DNA from: Haliotis cracherodii
Taxonomy: Eukaryota
Direction of reading: 5' to 3'
NCBI RefSeq assembly: GCF_022045235.1
Contig: NW_027266275.1
Location: forward strand, 69,006,001-69,070,000
Length of the DNA stretch: 64,000 bases
Below are positions 23,910 through 37,220 of the stretch, piece after piece. Made by a program: the position numbers and the translations under genes. Numbering within the stretch: the first letter of the stretch is position 1; every line of letters begins with the position of its first letter. The notes below the pieces were generated by a model. The model saw only the letters and a program-made list of their open reading frames with translations. It was not told the origin of the DNA and did not search any database.

Positions 23910-25195
23910 GGACGGCAATATTACGACGTCGTATACAGATAGGTCCGGCAACATTACGACGCCGTATACAGATAGTCCGTCATATTACGACGCCGTATGT
24001 AGATAGGTCGTCAATATTACGACGCCGTATACAGATAGTCCGTCAATATTACGACGCCGTATACAAATAGGTCCGTCAATATTACGACGCCGTATCAAGA
24101 TAGGTCCGGCAATATTACGACGCCGTATACAGATAGGTCCGGCAATATTACGACGCCGTATACAGATAGTCCGTCATATTTCGACGCCGTATGTAGAATG
24201 GTCCGTCAATATTACGACACCGTATACAGATACTCCGTCAATATTACGACGCCGTATACAAATAAGCCCGTCAATATTACGACGCTGTATTAATATAGGT
24301 CCGGCAATATTACGACGTCGTATACAGATAGGTCCGGCAATATTACGACGTCGTATACAGATGGTCAGGCAATATTACGACGCCGTATACAGATAGTCCG
24401 TCAATTTTACGACGCCGTATGTAGATAGGTCCGTCAATTTTACAACGTCGTATACAGATAGTCCGTCAATTTTACGACGCCGTATGTAGATAGGTCCGGC
24501 AATTTTACAACGTCGTATACAGATAGGTTCGGCAATATTACAACGTCGTATACAGATAGGTCCGGCAATATTACGACGTCGTATACAGATAGTCCGTCAA
24601 TATTACGACGTCGTATACAGATAGGTCCGGCAATATTACGACGCCGTATACAAATAGTCCGTCATATTACGACGCCGTATGTTGAAAGGTCCGTCAATAT
24701 TACGACGCCCGTATACAAATAGGTCCGTCAATATTACGACGCTGTATTAAGATAGGTCAGGCAATATTACGACGTCGTATACAGATAGGTCAGGCAATAT
24801 TACGACGTCGTATACAGATGGTCGGGCAATATTACGAAGCCGTATACAGATAGTCCGTCAATTTTACGGCGCCGTATGTAGATAGGTCCGGCAATTTTAC
24901 AACGTCGTATACAGATAGTCCGTCAATTTTACGACGCCGTATGTAGATAGGTCCGGCAATTTTACAACGTCGTATACAGATAGGTCCGGCAATTTTACAA
25001 CATCGTACAGGGATAGGTCCGGCAATATTACGACGTCGTATACAGATAGTCCGTCAATATTACGACGTCGTATACAGATAGTCCATCAATATTACGACGC
25101 CGTATACAGACAGGTCCCTCCCAAATTACGTATCTAATCTCATAAGTGTGACGTACAGCAATATAACGACGTCGTATACAGACAGGTCCGTCCCA
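23910..25195. repeat. Satellite 2: 32/33-bp CpG-rich tandem array
   Basis: Unit CAATATTACGACGCCGTATACAGATAG(G)TCCG(G/T). Confidence 0.95.
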
Positions 25196-26433
25196 AATAC
25201 CGTGACAATTCTCCCCGCAAGACGACATTTGTTTTGGAGCTACGTTGAACTTGTCTGCACGACAGTAGCGTCACAGACTAAACTTACGCAGGGAGACTTC
25301 CTCGACAACAGGGCATGAGATAGTGAAACCTTTCGTACTCCTGACACAGTATGCTGTTAGCCTCTATATTAGTCATTTTGTCAAATATAAATATGAGTCA
25401 CTGATAAAAGTACTTTCCGGGTATTCATTTAAACACATTTTCAAACTCGTAAAACTTTCCATTGCGAGGAAACAGTAACTGAAAGCATCTGTCTATTTAG
25501 AAAGCTTCAATCATATCGAATTCAATACCACCACGATAACACTGGCCAAGCTGTAGTGTTTTGAACATCACAATTCTAAGCGTTCAATTACTGTTTGAAG
25601 GAAATAGACGCTTACAAAAATAGACCTTTTGTCACACTTTCGTCCATCCGAATGACGCGAGGATCTATTGGATTATTACCACGTCCGCGCTGGGAATGAG
25701 AACCCCAAAATAGCAAATGAACCACAAAGGACTTTGAATCGGATTATAAAGCTATAATACGTGGACGACGATCTACACAACCTGATCTAATTCATCAACC
25801 ACTTTCAAACATGCCTGTAGTCTTTCAACCTTTGAAATCAACATCTCGCTTCCGGGCCTTAGAGACTCCTAAAGGTATCTGAATTGACCTGTCCTTAGCT
25901 AAAGACTGCGTAAGAACTATCTGTTGACATACTTATTCATACGGTCGATGCCTGATTTCCCATTAGTCCTTAACACGACATGATCAGGGCCCGTATATAT
26001 TTAGACCGGTTCATCCAATCGAACGTACACTCCGGTGAAATCGATGACGGTTTGAACCGTGTGGACGTGTTGTTAAAGGCGTTAGATTAGATCGTATAAG
26101 TGTTGGTTGGTGCAGACCGCGGAACAGAGAATTACCTATTTATTACAGGACAATATGAACAAACGTAAATATGAATTAGTCAATAGATTTTATTGATAAT
26201 CATTACAATAACGATCATTTCTCGACTACACAGAGAAAGAACCCGCAGCCTATAGGCAGGCTATTTATCTTGCGCACGATCAACGGATTAATTTAGAAAT
26301 CAGGACCATTTCCTTTTCAACGTATATTAATAGGAAGCTCAACAGAATGGCCATACAGGGGAGACTAAACCGGTCTAGTCTGGGCTTTTGGTATTTATGT
26401 GCGATGTATTAGTCTGCGGTCGGTCATGGATGA

Positions 26434-26761
26434 GTGAGTATGGTTTTACGCCACTTTTAGCAATATTCCAGCAATATCAGGGCAGGGGACACCAGAAATG
26501 GGCTTCACACATTGTTACCATATGGGGAATCGACTTCTGCGTGACGAGCGAACGCTTTAACCACTAGACTACCCCACCGCCCACGGTCATGGATGAGTGA
26601 GTGAGTGAGTTTGGTTTTACGCCGCTTTTAGCAATATTCCAGCAATATCACGGCGAGGACACCAGATATGGGCTTCACACATTGTACCCATGTCGGAATC
26701 GAACCCGGGTCTTCGGCGTGACGAGCGAACGCTTCAACCACTAGGCTACCCGACCGCCCCT
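26434..26761 (-). mobile_element. Two tandem family A SINEs with three copies of one target sequence
   Basis: GGTCATGGATGA at 26422-26433, 26585-26596 and 26762-26773. Confidence 0.9.
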
Positions 26762-27061
26762 GGTCATGGATGAAATTATGAAGACTAAGAATAGAAGAGT
26801 AACGGGGCCACGGCTCCCTTTAGACAAAGCGATCTTAGTGTAGTCATGTCACGACGCACGTTACATACCGTGACGTCAGCAACGGCGTCGTAGAGCTCGG
26901 TCTACCGTAAGTTGAGTATGAGACTTAGGCACCAACCATCTGATATTCCGGGGAGTGGGAGGGGTGGTTGGGGGTGGGGGGTATTTTTTTTTAACCACAG
27001 CTACAAAACCAGATATTTTAAAAACCAAATTTAAACTATGAGCCTGTATGTTATTTGTTAA

Positions 27062-27618
27062 GTTTGATTGTTTGTTTAACGCCGCACTCAGCAATATTCC
27101 ATCTTTATGACGGCGGTCTGTAAAATAATCGAGTCTGGACCAGATAATCCAGTGATTGACATCATGAGCATCGATCCACGAAAGTTGGATACAATGACAT
27201 GCATCAACCCAGTCACCATCGTCACCATCGTAGTTGTAGTTGTCGGGATTTAGTGACGGCGACATCGTCGTCGGTGTCCACATCGCCAGCATTGTTATGA
27301 AAACATTCACCTTCATCACTATGCTCTGCCATGTGTTAACACACTGTTCGCCAACTATGACATCACAGACGGTGTTGTGTTTGTTTGTTTGTTTATTGTT
27401 TAACGCCGCACTCGGCAATATTCCAGCTATATAACGCCGGTCTGTAAGTTATCGAGTCTGGACCAGACAATTCAGTGACAGACATCATGAGCATCGATCC
27501 ACGCAAATGGGATACGATGACATGCATCAACGAACTTGACCACCCGATCCCGTTAGTCGCCTTTTATGGCAAGTATGGGTTGCTGCAGACCTATTCTAAC
27601 CCGGAATCTTCACGGGTC
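27062..27618 (-). mobile_element. Family C element interrupted by a duplicated ~300-bp segment
   Basis: Two C-family tails; outer flanks TTATTTGTTA / TTATTTATTA; internal segment nearly identical to 29277-29580. Confidence 0.75.
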
Positions 27619-27678
27619 TTATTTATTATGAAATACAGCGTGCAATTTAATTGTTTTCAACCGCCTGAAGCAATGGTA

Positions 27679-27859
27679 NNNNNNNNNNNNNNNNNNNNNN
27701 NNNNNNNNNNNNNNNNNNNNNNNNNNNNNNNNNNNNNNNNNNNNNNNNNNNNNNNNNNNNNNNNNNNNNNNNNNNNNNNNNNNNNNNNNNNNNNNNNNNN
27801 NNNNNNNNNNNNNNNNNNNNNNNNNNNNNNNNNNNNNNNNNNNNNNNNNNNNNNNNNNN
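27679..27859. other. Assembly gap (181 N)
   Basis: Run of N. Confidence 1.
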
Positions 27860-29436
27860 ATAAAATGTTGAGAGTCAGCAGCACGGCACATTTTAGTTAG
27901 ATTACGATAGTTATGTCGTTACTATGGCAACGGAATGCAAACACACATGTTGCTGTTATATTATGCATTGTTCCTAAATAAAATAACACCCGTTAACATC
28001 TAGGCGATTCCTCTTACCTTTTACTAGCGATTTTATTGGTATTGACTGAGTTCCCGTCTGCAAGATGTCTACTAAAGGCGTGTGGCCAGATACGTGTACC
28101 AACAATTAAACCAGTTTAGTATTGTGACCCGTCGGCTTTCGCATTCAGCACAGACATGAACAGGCTTGGTATCCCAGCGGCTGTACAAATATAACATGGT
28201 CCTTTAAATCAACATTTTAAAGTTTGATTATATAAACGTGCACGCAGCGCGTAAACAAATGCACTCAATAGCGCTATAAAATCAGATACCTGTTTGTAAT
28301 ATTAAAAACAAATCCTTACCCGAGTGCTTTTTCATTTGGGAAAAGAAATTCCTAAATATGGAATTTATCACTCCACTCTATCCGTACAAAGGTATCGGAC
28401 CGAAATAGATGATACTATATTGATGACGCAAACCGAAGACGTCCTGTCTATATGAAAAGCTCCATTACAGCGCCTGATATATTTGTTTCGTGCTCAGGAG
28501 TTAAACAATATGTCAGTGCGCGGAGTTGGCGACATTTATCTGGACAGAACATCGACATGACGACAATGGCGCACGTCAATGAACGATGTTACTGTCTTTA
28601 TTGCTTTATTCTAAATACTTTGCGGTCAATAACAAAGACGTGAATTTATAGACTTTTATTTCACAGAGTAAACGCGACGCAGAGAAAAAGATAAAAATGC
28701 AAATTTGATCTTGCACTGTTAAGTTAGTGTCGCCATTCCACTACTTCATCTCAACATTCAACTTAAACCGAAGGAAACAAGAGATCTGAAGGTGATATAA
28801 AGCATTAATCAATGTGTGTTACTGACCATTTAATCATAGGCTTTCTCTTACACATTTACAAACGTAAATGCACAATACACTTAGCCTACCATGGAATCCA
28901 AAGCTGTTGAAATAGTTTAAGACTCAATTTCCTTTAGACAAACAATATGACTGGAACAATGTGAAACTGTGATGCGCTGTTAAGGGCGTTTTCACTTAAA
29001 GGTGATGACACATTTGTGGATAATTTGACCGAATTCTTGTTTCAATATTGAAACGGATATAATGCAATCTATGAAATAAATTCCTTGTCCAAACAATGGC
29101 GGCGGCGCTATTCCTGTCTGTTGGGTGAAACCATTTCCGCATTGTGGACGAGTAAAGATCATGATTTGAGTCTGAATTAAATTGTTGTAGTCAGGACGAA
29201 GATAGGTTTTTTGCTTCAGGGTAATTTCATCATCAATATTGACATCGTCATCAGCATCTCAATCTCCATGTGCTGATCGTCACCATCGTAGTTGTAGTTG
29301 TCGGGATTTAGTGACGGCGACATCGTCGTCGGTGTTCACATCGCCAGCATTGTTATCCAAACATTCACCTTCATCACTATGCTCTGCCATGTGTTAACAC
29401 ACTGTTCGCCAACTATGACATCACAGACGGTGTTGT

Positions 29437-29684
29437 GTTTGTTTGTTTGTTTATTGTTTAACGCCGCACTCGGCAATATTCCAGCTATATGACACCGGTC
29501 TGTAAGTTATCGAGTCTGGACCAGACAATTCAGTGACAGACATCATGAGCATCGATCCACGCAATTGGGATACGATGACATGTATCTACAAAGTCAGCGA
29601 GCCTGACCACCCGATCCCGTTAGTTGCTTCTTGCGGCAAGCATGGGTTGCTGCAGACCTATTCTACCCCGGATCTTCACGGGTA
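29437..29684 (-). mobile_element. Family C element, full length
   Basis: TSD AGACGGTGTTGT on both sides; head rc ACCCGTGAAGATCCGGGG. Confidence 0.88.
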
Positions 29685-30300
29685 AGACGGTGTTGTTTGA
29701 GATATAGGCATGTGTCATCAGCTGTTAATATTATTGTCCATTTCCCTAAACAAACAGGGCGGCGGGGTAGCATGGTGCTTAAAACGTGCGCTCGTCCCTC
29801 CCCACATGGGAACTGTGTTAGCCACATGGGAAGCCTATTTCTTGTGTCCTCCGACGTTATATTGGTGGAATATTTCTAAAAAAAATATTCTTGGCCCGAT
29901 TGTCGTTTTGAAACCTGACAAACCTCTGCTAATATACGTCGGGACAAAGAATCTACCTGATCTACCTAATCTAATCTAACATACAAATGCTCTGTCAATA
30001 AAGAGTGATGCATAGGTTCGAATCCAGTGGCGGAATTTTATTTAAGGTAGTTCTGAATCACAGAATATCATCGCAGCTGCAGACACGTTGACGCAACGAC
30101 ATCTCATTCCTCCAAAGTTGTTCCAGTGCGACGATGTAGAGAGCGGCAGTGATTTCATCCAGTTGCAACAACCGATCTCATCATTATCTTCATCCGTAAA
30201 CCCATCTAACACAGAACAGGTATCATACAGGTGTGCATGTATAATTGATGCCATATTTGTTATTGTTCGATATGCGTTGTATGTCACCCACTAACGATGA

Positions 30301-30455
30301 GTGAGTGAGTGAGTGAGGTTTTACGCCGCTTTTAGCAATATTCCAGCAATATCACGGCGGGGGACACCAGAAATGGGCTTCACACATTGTACCCATGTCG
30401 GGAATCGAACCCGGGTCTTCGGCGTCTTCGGCGTCTTCGGCTACCCGACCGCCCC
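30301..30455 (-). mobile_element. SINE family A with part of the head replaced by a slippage repeat
   Basis: TSD CACTAACGATGA at 30289-30300 and 30456-30467; GTCTTCGGC x3 replaces part of the tRNA head. Confidence 0.88.
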
Positions 30456-31769
30456 CACTAACGATGAATGTCATATAATGAAAAAATGAATCCTTTCAAC
30501 AGAAGTCATATGAGATTTGATCTGTGACCGCAGAGCCACATAACACTATGGCACGGACATACATTTCGAAATAGGTTATTACGAAAGAAAATCTTTCAGA
30601 TTGTGTCTCTCATATATAAAATTGATCGATCTGAGAAAAGAAATACAACACGGTGATGTCACTGACGTAAGCTCACTGACCAGCGGAAATCATGGTTATT
30701 TCAGGAACACGAGGTTAAATTAGTATCAGATAGGTATATATAGACCCAGGTATGACATCAGAGCGTCGTTAGTACAGCGCTTTAGACACTCAACTGACAC
30801 AACTGCACATGTGCGCGCGCGACATCTCCTGAAATAGACAACATACCCTCGCAGACAGCTGGCTTGTCGGTTGACAGGAGGGAAACGCTTTTTGTCTGTG
30901 ACGCTGTTGTGTTGAAATCGATAGGAATGTTGTCGTCACACAACGGGGCCTATATCCTGAAGACCTATACTACACTTGTGTATGGAACCGTTTGACATTA
31001 TGACGTAGCCACGGTACCGAGTTACTGGCTGACATGTCGGAGTTTATTGACACGTGTAGATTTCAGTGTCGATTTCAAGCCGTGCGGCCTGTGTGATGAC
31101 CATTCCGTCGCCTCGGCCATTTCTATTGATTTGTAGTCTTGTAGAAGAATTAAGTTTTAAAAGCCCCAGCGTCGGAGCTGATTTTAGCCTGTTAACGGTG
31201 TCGATCTCTTTAAAAAACCAGGTTAAAACCGTTGTGCATTTCACCCTGAAAGTGCCATCGGCGTCATAAACACGTTTTTCCCCGTTAAAGACGCAGTTAT
31301 CGAAAATGTATTCGCTATGGGTGTGTTTTAAGCATCATATCCCCAGAATAGTATACATCAAAGGGTTGCTGAATATAAGGGAGATGTCGGGTTGATTACC
31401 CGTGCCTGATGCGCTAATCAGAAATTGATGGTTATACAGGTTGAGGGATATGTATAATGACTTGCACCCATGCCCGATTACATCCGACTGCTAGTTCTTT
31501 CGGTTGTAACGATTTTGCCGGCGTGTATATGTCTCGATGTCCCAGTATTAATGATGCCTTCAGCCATGCTTATTTAGATAGCATTAGGCCGCTGGGCTGC
31601 GCGTTTCTGTAAGTCTTGTCTCTGGTGAGCGATGTCGTAATTATAGCCGTCTGAAACATTGGTATCAACAACAACGTGGTGGTGTGAGGTTGTATCTTCT
31701 GCTACAATTGCTACTACTACCACACCACGATTGCCACTACCATCATCACTACTACTACTACAACCACGT

Positions 31770-31995
31770 CGCCGCTTTTAACAGCATTCCAGTTATATCA
31801 CGGCGTGTCAGCTTAATGTGTGAAGAAAGCCCGAAGTGATGCTGGTCTCAAACATTTTACCACTTCGGTGAAACCCACGAGCACAGGTATGGTGCTGACA
31901 AACCTAGAAACATAATCGGGTCGAACCGGGATCCGAATCCACAATCATAGGTTTCTGGCATGGCCAAGGGACGCAACTCTGCGGTGGGCCACCCT
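31770..31995 (-). mobile_element. SINE family B copy
   Basis: rc of the B body and head. Confidence 0.8.
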
Positions 31996-32144
31996 TGACT
32001 CCCCCCCCTCGGATCAAAGGGGGGGGTCACAGTCTTCCCTTAAATCAACCCAAAAGGCTGACCTGTGAAAGACGTAGAACTAAAATCGTTTTGTGTTAGT
32101 GGACCCACGTCATTGCGTTATACTCATTTTCATATGCGAGAGCA

Positions 32145-32395
32145 AGGGTGGCCCTATCGTCTACGGAGAGGCAATGTTGTGTATAGTTGCGTCCCTTGGC
32201 CCGATTCGTTGGTTTGAAATTCTACATTCGCCTTGATCTTGATACTTCTTCGCCAGCACCATACCCTTGCTCCTGGGTTTCAACAAGGTGGCAAACGCCC
32301 AAGGTCTGAACAACTTAGGATTGTCCTCCCACATTAAACTGATACGCCGTGCTATGGCTGAAATACTGTTCAAAGCGAAATTAAACTTCAGCTCC
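32145..32395 (+). mobile_element. Diverged SINE family B copy
   Basis: GGGTGGCCCTATCGTCTACGG, GTTGCGTCCCTTGG, CAGCACCATACCC and CTCCCACATTAA landmarks. Confidence 0.65.
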
Positions 32396-35300
32396 CTCAT
32401 TATCACGTCTCCATGAAACAACAGCGTATCAATGTGTATGTCCCGCTGTGTAATGCTCTCAAGCTCCGTGCCTGTACGCCACTACAGTATTTGTGCATTA
32501 ACCAACCCTCCCCTCGTTTTATATAACGAGATACGAGTGGTGCGACAACGCCCAAATATTGCCCCGTTGTTCGGTGGTAGTCGGATTTGAGTCAGAGGAC
32601 CTTTCGGCCACCTTCGACAAGACCTCTACGCTTAATCCGCCTACTGCGAACTTACCGCAGAGCCAAGCGGAAATTGTGGCGAAATCAAACGAATTCTTCC
32701 AACACTCCTTGCGTGACAATATTGTATAATTTTAGCTTAGGCAATGCCATAGACGCAGCGTGTTCGTGACGGCTTTGGCTAATAGAATTATCCAATATCT
32801 CGCTAGTTAGTTTCCACCTTGGCCGCGTTACTACAGTCACGTCTGTGTACAGATGCGCGAGTGTGTAATTGACATCCTAGCGATAAACATTGATATGAAT
32901 GCTTTACCCGTGGAGTTCTATTTACCTTGAGTCTCCGAGAGATCTGTGCCATACAGGCATAGTTAGATGGGCCATATAAATTACAGTGATATTTTCTATA
33001 AATTAGTTCGGATATGTAAACAGCGAGACGTTGTATAAACATGTCTGTACGTAAAGCAACTTGCGAAATATCCCGATATTCCACCATGTCATGCACAAAG
33101 CAAATTTAAAGTGGCTGTGAAGACATACAAAGAAGTCACTACCCTTTCTCCGGTCTGCTCTATACGCTTTGTCAAGCTTGATAATCTAAAGCTTCCAAGG
33201 TCCGCGCTTGTCGTGCACGGGAATAGTTCGTAGAATGTAGATATTCGTAGATATTCAAGTAGAACCACAATACTGCGGGACCGTAAACACCACATGGTCG
33301 TAACTTCAGCCAACATTGTTTTACTGTAAAAGACAGGGTAAAACCAGAACAGTCCGACATCAGCTGAGTTCAACCAATTTTGGAGTACCGGAATGGATCG
33401 CGCTGTACTGGTTCGATCTGGAAAAGGGCTGAAATGGACATTGATGACGTCAACAGTTCTGACCTTGTCTGATGTGCACCGCGTGTATTAATGTATATGT
33501 GGTACAGATCGAAGGAGACAACTCGAGAAGAATTCATTGATCTGAAAACAGTTTGAATACTCCTTTCCACGCAATAACACCAGCTTCATTAATTTCAGAA
33601 TATGAGGTATGGAATACAACATAAATCATTTCACAATATGTTAATGAAAGGATATCCATTTAAAGATCAAAGATGCTAACAAGAACGAATGTTATAGGCA
33701 ATACGTCGATCCGGAGGACGAGACACATATCACCTCAGTCTGGTGTGGATAGTCGTTCACAAGTAGGTAAATAATGTCCTCTATGATACGTGATTCAGTA
33801 GAGGAATGAGGATAGGTGGTCGAAATCCAGTGTTTGTTTTGAATAGAAATTGTGTGTACTTTCGATGGAATATTATTTGTTTTAAGATTATTAGATAAAG
33901 CATAGTTATTCACCATAAAGCTTATCTTACAGACCACGGAGGTCGTGCGGAACCCGATCTTCGATTGTTAAATTCCCATCTCGCTGATCAATTATCAGAC
34001 AGAGCTGCGTGTCATAAGCTGGAGTCGTCACGTGTAGACGTTGTGTTATACGGTACGTTGTTGGACCGGGGGATTTGAACGAACGGGATTAGTTCAACGA
34101 TTTATGTCAGATCATGCTTGTAATGGAGATTTATTCAGCCGATAAATCGTGTATATAACATGTTGATCTCGGGCACTGGATGAGAAATCGTCTTTTTAAA
34201 ACTACTTTCTGCACGCTTCTGAATCTTGCCTTGACCTATTTAGGCCCGTCTCTGCGGAGTATGTCTCTACAACAGCTGTATACATGGATCCAAGCGAAAC
34301 AAAATACATCGAATTTCAATAGGCCCTACCAGAACAGCTGCCAACACCGTTGCAAGCACTTACACGTGTGGTTGTTAATAGCGGAAAAAATGAAATTGAC
34401 AACATTTGTCGATAGCAGGGTTTGTATTGCTTACGCGGGCGTGAGGATGCATACGGACAAGGTATCGGGGTTTCAAATCTTATTAAGAGAGCTTAATCTG
34501 GAATACAGCGTTGATATTTTAATAAACCGGGTACTGCTCTTTAAGATCGACTGTCGTCACGGAAATGTCGAGAGATTATGATAAGAAGGGCTCTGACCGT
34601 GTGATCGAGGTGAAATAGACATGTTTTCTTAGCATATCGGTATCTAAGCTTTTCCAGCCTTTTCACGCAGACACCAATGATCTTCACGTTTGTGTTTCAG
34701 TGTCAATCAAATAGGGAAAACACAACAATAATGCTATTCCAATATACGCTAGGTTGTTGATTCTTGACGAGGATACTGAGTATTTAAAATAGTAGCAAAC
34801 ATATTGAAAATAAGATATCCTTGAACGGATACAATGTGAGTTCAAGGCTGACTGCACGCACATTTGAATGCTTGCATGCATGTAACGCATGCATGTGATT
34901 TGATTGTATGTATGACTGCATTTTGAATGCGTGCAGGACTGCACCTTTAATGCCTCCATGACTGCAATTGAAATTTTTGCATGACTGCACTATGTGTGCG
35001 TGCATGACACATGACTGCACGACAGCAAGATGTATGACTGGATGCAACTGGGGCCGCACGGAGCCCATGGTACTTGGACCAATAGTTTTAGGAACCGTTA
35101 ACCCGCAACTTACACACAGAGATAACGTCACGATTATTGAGTTTGCGCGTCGAGAATCAAGCATACCCTGTAATTTAGACTGAATGGAACGTTTCCCCGA
35201 ATATTCCAATAAAATAATTAATATTCACGCTATAAATCAAAACATTGTCATTTTTCCAGTGGTATCATCATAATAAATTACTTCGTTCATCACAATGCCA

Positions 35301-35400
35301 CAACATTGACGGATGTAGCTAGCAAGGTTGCAACAGCAGAAAACATGAACGTCGATAAAGAGAATACGTTAGAAATCCATTTACCTTAACTTGGTTTGGA

Positions 35401-35700
35401 GACCACCTCTGTTTAGTGGCTAGACCGTCCCGGAGAGCGGAAGGCCAGAGGTTCGATTCCCTGGCCGCGTCATACCAAAAGGCGTTAAAATGGTACTTGT
35501 TGTGAAACTGCTTGGCGTTCGGCATTAAGGGGCTGAAACAACGAGTGGGTGACAACGAGAACTGCGGCATGGTATCTCAGTATCACCGGCGTTAGCCCGG
35601 GCAAACATAAACAGCGCACATACACATGTGCATGCACGTCTCTATGTAACTGCAATAATCTTGAACGCTACGAAAAAACGCAGTTCACCTTACCTCACCT
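35401..35700 (+). mobile_element. SINE family D, diverged full length
   Basis: Head GACCACCTC...GGTTCGATTCC and core GTCATACCAAAAGGCGTTAAAATGGTACTTG. Confidence 0.78.
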
Positions 35701-36105
35701 CGTTGGTTGTGTTTGTTTGTTGGATGGGATGTTGGCTTGGACTGGCTTGGCGTAGTTGGTTGGAATGTTATTTTGTAAGTTTGCGCGGATGAGTGGCTTG
35801 ATTAAGACTGTTGGTTGGATTGGTGGATCGTTTGTTGAGGTGTGGTTGGTTGGTTTGAGTATTACAGACTCATGCTTTGTTATAGCGTTTTGTAGTCGTG
35901 TGGGTGGATTGTTGGATTGATATTGGTGGTTGGATTGATATTGGTGGATGGATTGATATTGGTGGTTGGATTGCTATGTCGTTTGTTTGCTTGTAGTGTA
36001 GTTAGTTGGATAAATACAGTTGTTTGGATTAACACATGGTTTATTTGTTGGCGTTTATTGGCTTGTTTGTGATACAGTAATATTTCGAATCTTGCCAGAT
36101 TTCCC

Positions 36106-36342
36106 TTGTTTTGTGTGTTGTTTAACGCCCCACGCAGCAATATTCCAGCTATATCACGGCTGTCTGTAAATAAATGAGTCTGGACCAGACAATCTCGTGA
36201 CTGACATCATGAGCATTTGGAATACGATGACATTCATCAACCAAGTCACCGAGCCTGACCACCCGATCCCGTTAGTCGCCTCTTACGACATGCCTCTTAC
36301 ATGGGTTGCTGTAGACCTTTACTGACCCGGATCTTCAAGGTT
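36106..36342 (-). mobile_element. Family C element
   Basis: Tail, body and head co-linear with the copy at 37467. Confidence 0.8.
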
Positions 36343-36379
36343 ATTATTTTGCCGGAAGCGGGCATCATGGCACATGCGC

Positions 36380-36585
36380 ACTGTGGGGATTGTGGGTAAG
36401 AATTGGTCCCCATGACCCTCCGCAGGTGGTAAAAGGCGACTGAATAGATCGGGAGGTCAGGCTCGATGAGTTGGTTCTAGGTGTGTCATCGTACCGTTGT
36501 AACGGCGTACAACGTGGCTCATAATATCAATCATTAGTTTGTCTCGTCCAGACCAAATTATTTACAGGCCGCCGTCAAATAGCTT
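36380..36585 (+). mobile_element. Diverged family C subfamily copy (TGGGGATT/GGTCCCCA head)
   Basis: TGGGGATTGTGGGTAAGAATTGGTCCCCATGACCC...GTAAAAGGCGACT...GATCGGGAGGTCAGGCTCG, then C-type body. Confidence 0.7.
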
Positions 36586-37025
36586 GCTGAAAACAAAAAG
36601 GGGCCGGAAATCATTCATACCAGTCAGAATTAGTCTTTTAAATGACTATCTGTTTAATACTATATGGATTAAAAGGTCATTCCTTGACGTCACTGTGATA
36701 ACGTTCAATTCTCTACATGTTTTTACCCGTGGTTTATATTAGTGAAAGTTATATTTTCTTTTGTACATGTTTTAATATCATATTTTTGTTTTCATATTAT
36801 ATCGTAAACAACTGTGCAATATGAATCGACTCTTGTTTTGTCTTATCTTATTGCTGAACGCGACATTAAACAGCAAACAAACATATTACTTATGCATGAT
36901 AAACATCACGCTAACGATGCATTAACCATATGACAAATGTGGTTTTGTTCTGTTTTCTGTATTTTTCTTATTTTGGTGGTTAATGTTGGTTCATTTGATC
37001 CTCCAATAATATGATGCGGATACAC

Positions 37026-37220
37026 ATAAGAGGCGACTAACGGGATCGGGTGGTCAGGCTCGCTGACTTGGTTGATGCATGTCATCGTATCCCAATTGCG
37101 TCGATCGATACTCGTGATGTCAATCACTGGATTGTCTGGTCCAGACTCGATTATTTACAGACCGCTGTCATATAGCTGGAATATTGCTGAGTTTGGCGTT
37201 AAACAACACACAAACAAACA
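37026..37220 (+). mobile_element. Family C element, 5'-truncated
   Basis: Begins at TAAGAGGCGACTAACGGG, ends in an AAACAAC tail. Confidence 0.85.

Noticed and set aside
26876-27418. 180-aa minus-strand ORF
   Set aside because: It reads through SINE fragments and low-complexity sequence.
27475-27900. ORFs spanning N gaps (also 60256-60852)
   Set aside because: Open only because of the N runs.
31996-32029. C-run/G-run inverted repeat hairpin
   Set aside because: Low complexity, single occurrence at a SINE edge; no function can be supported.
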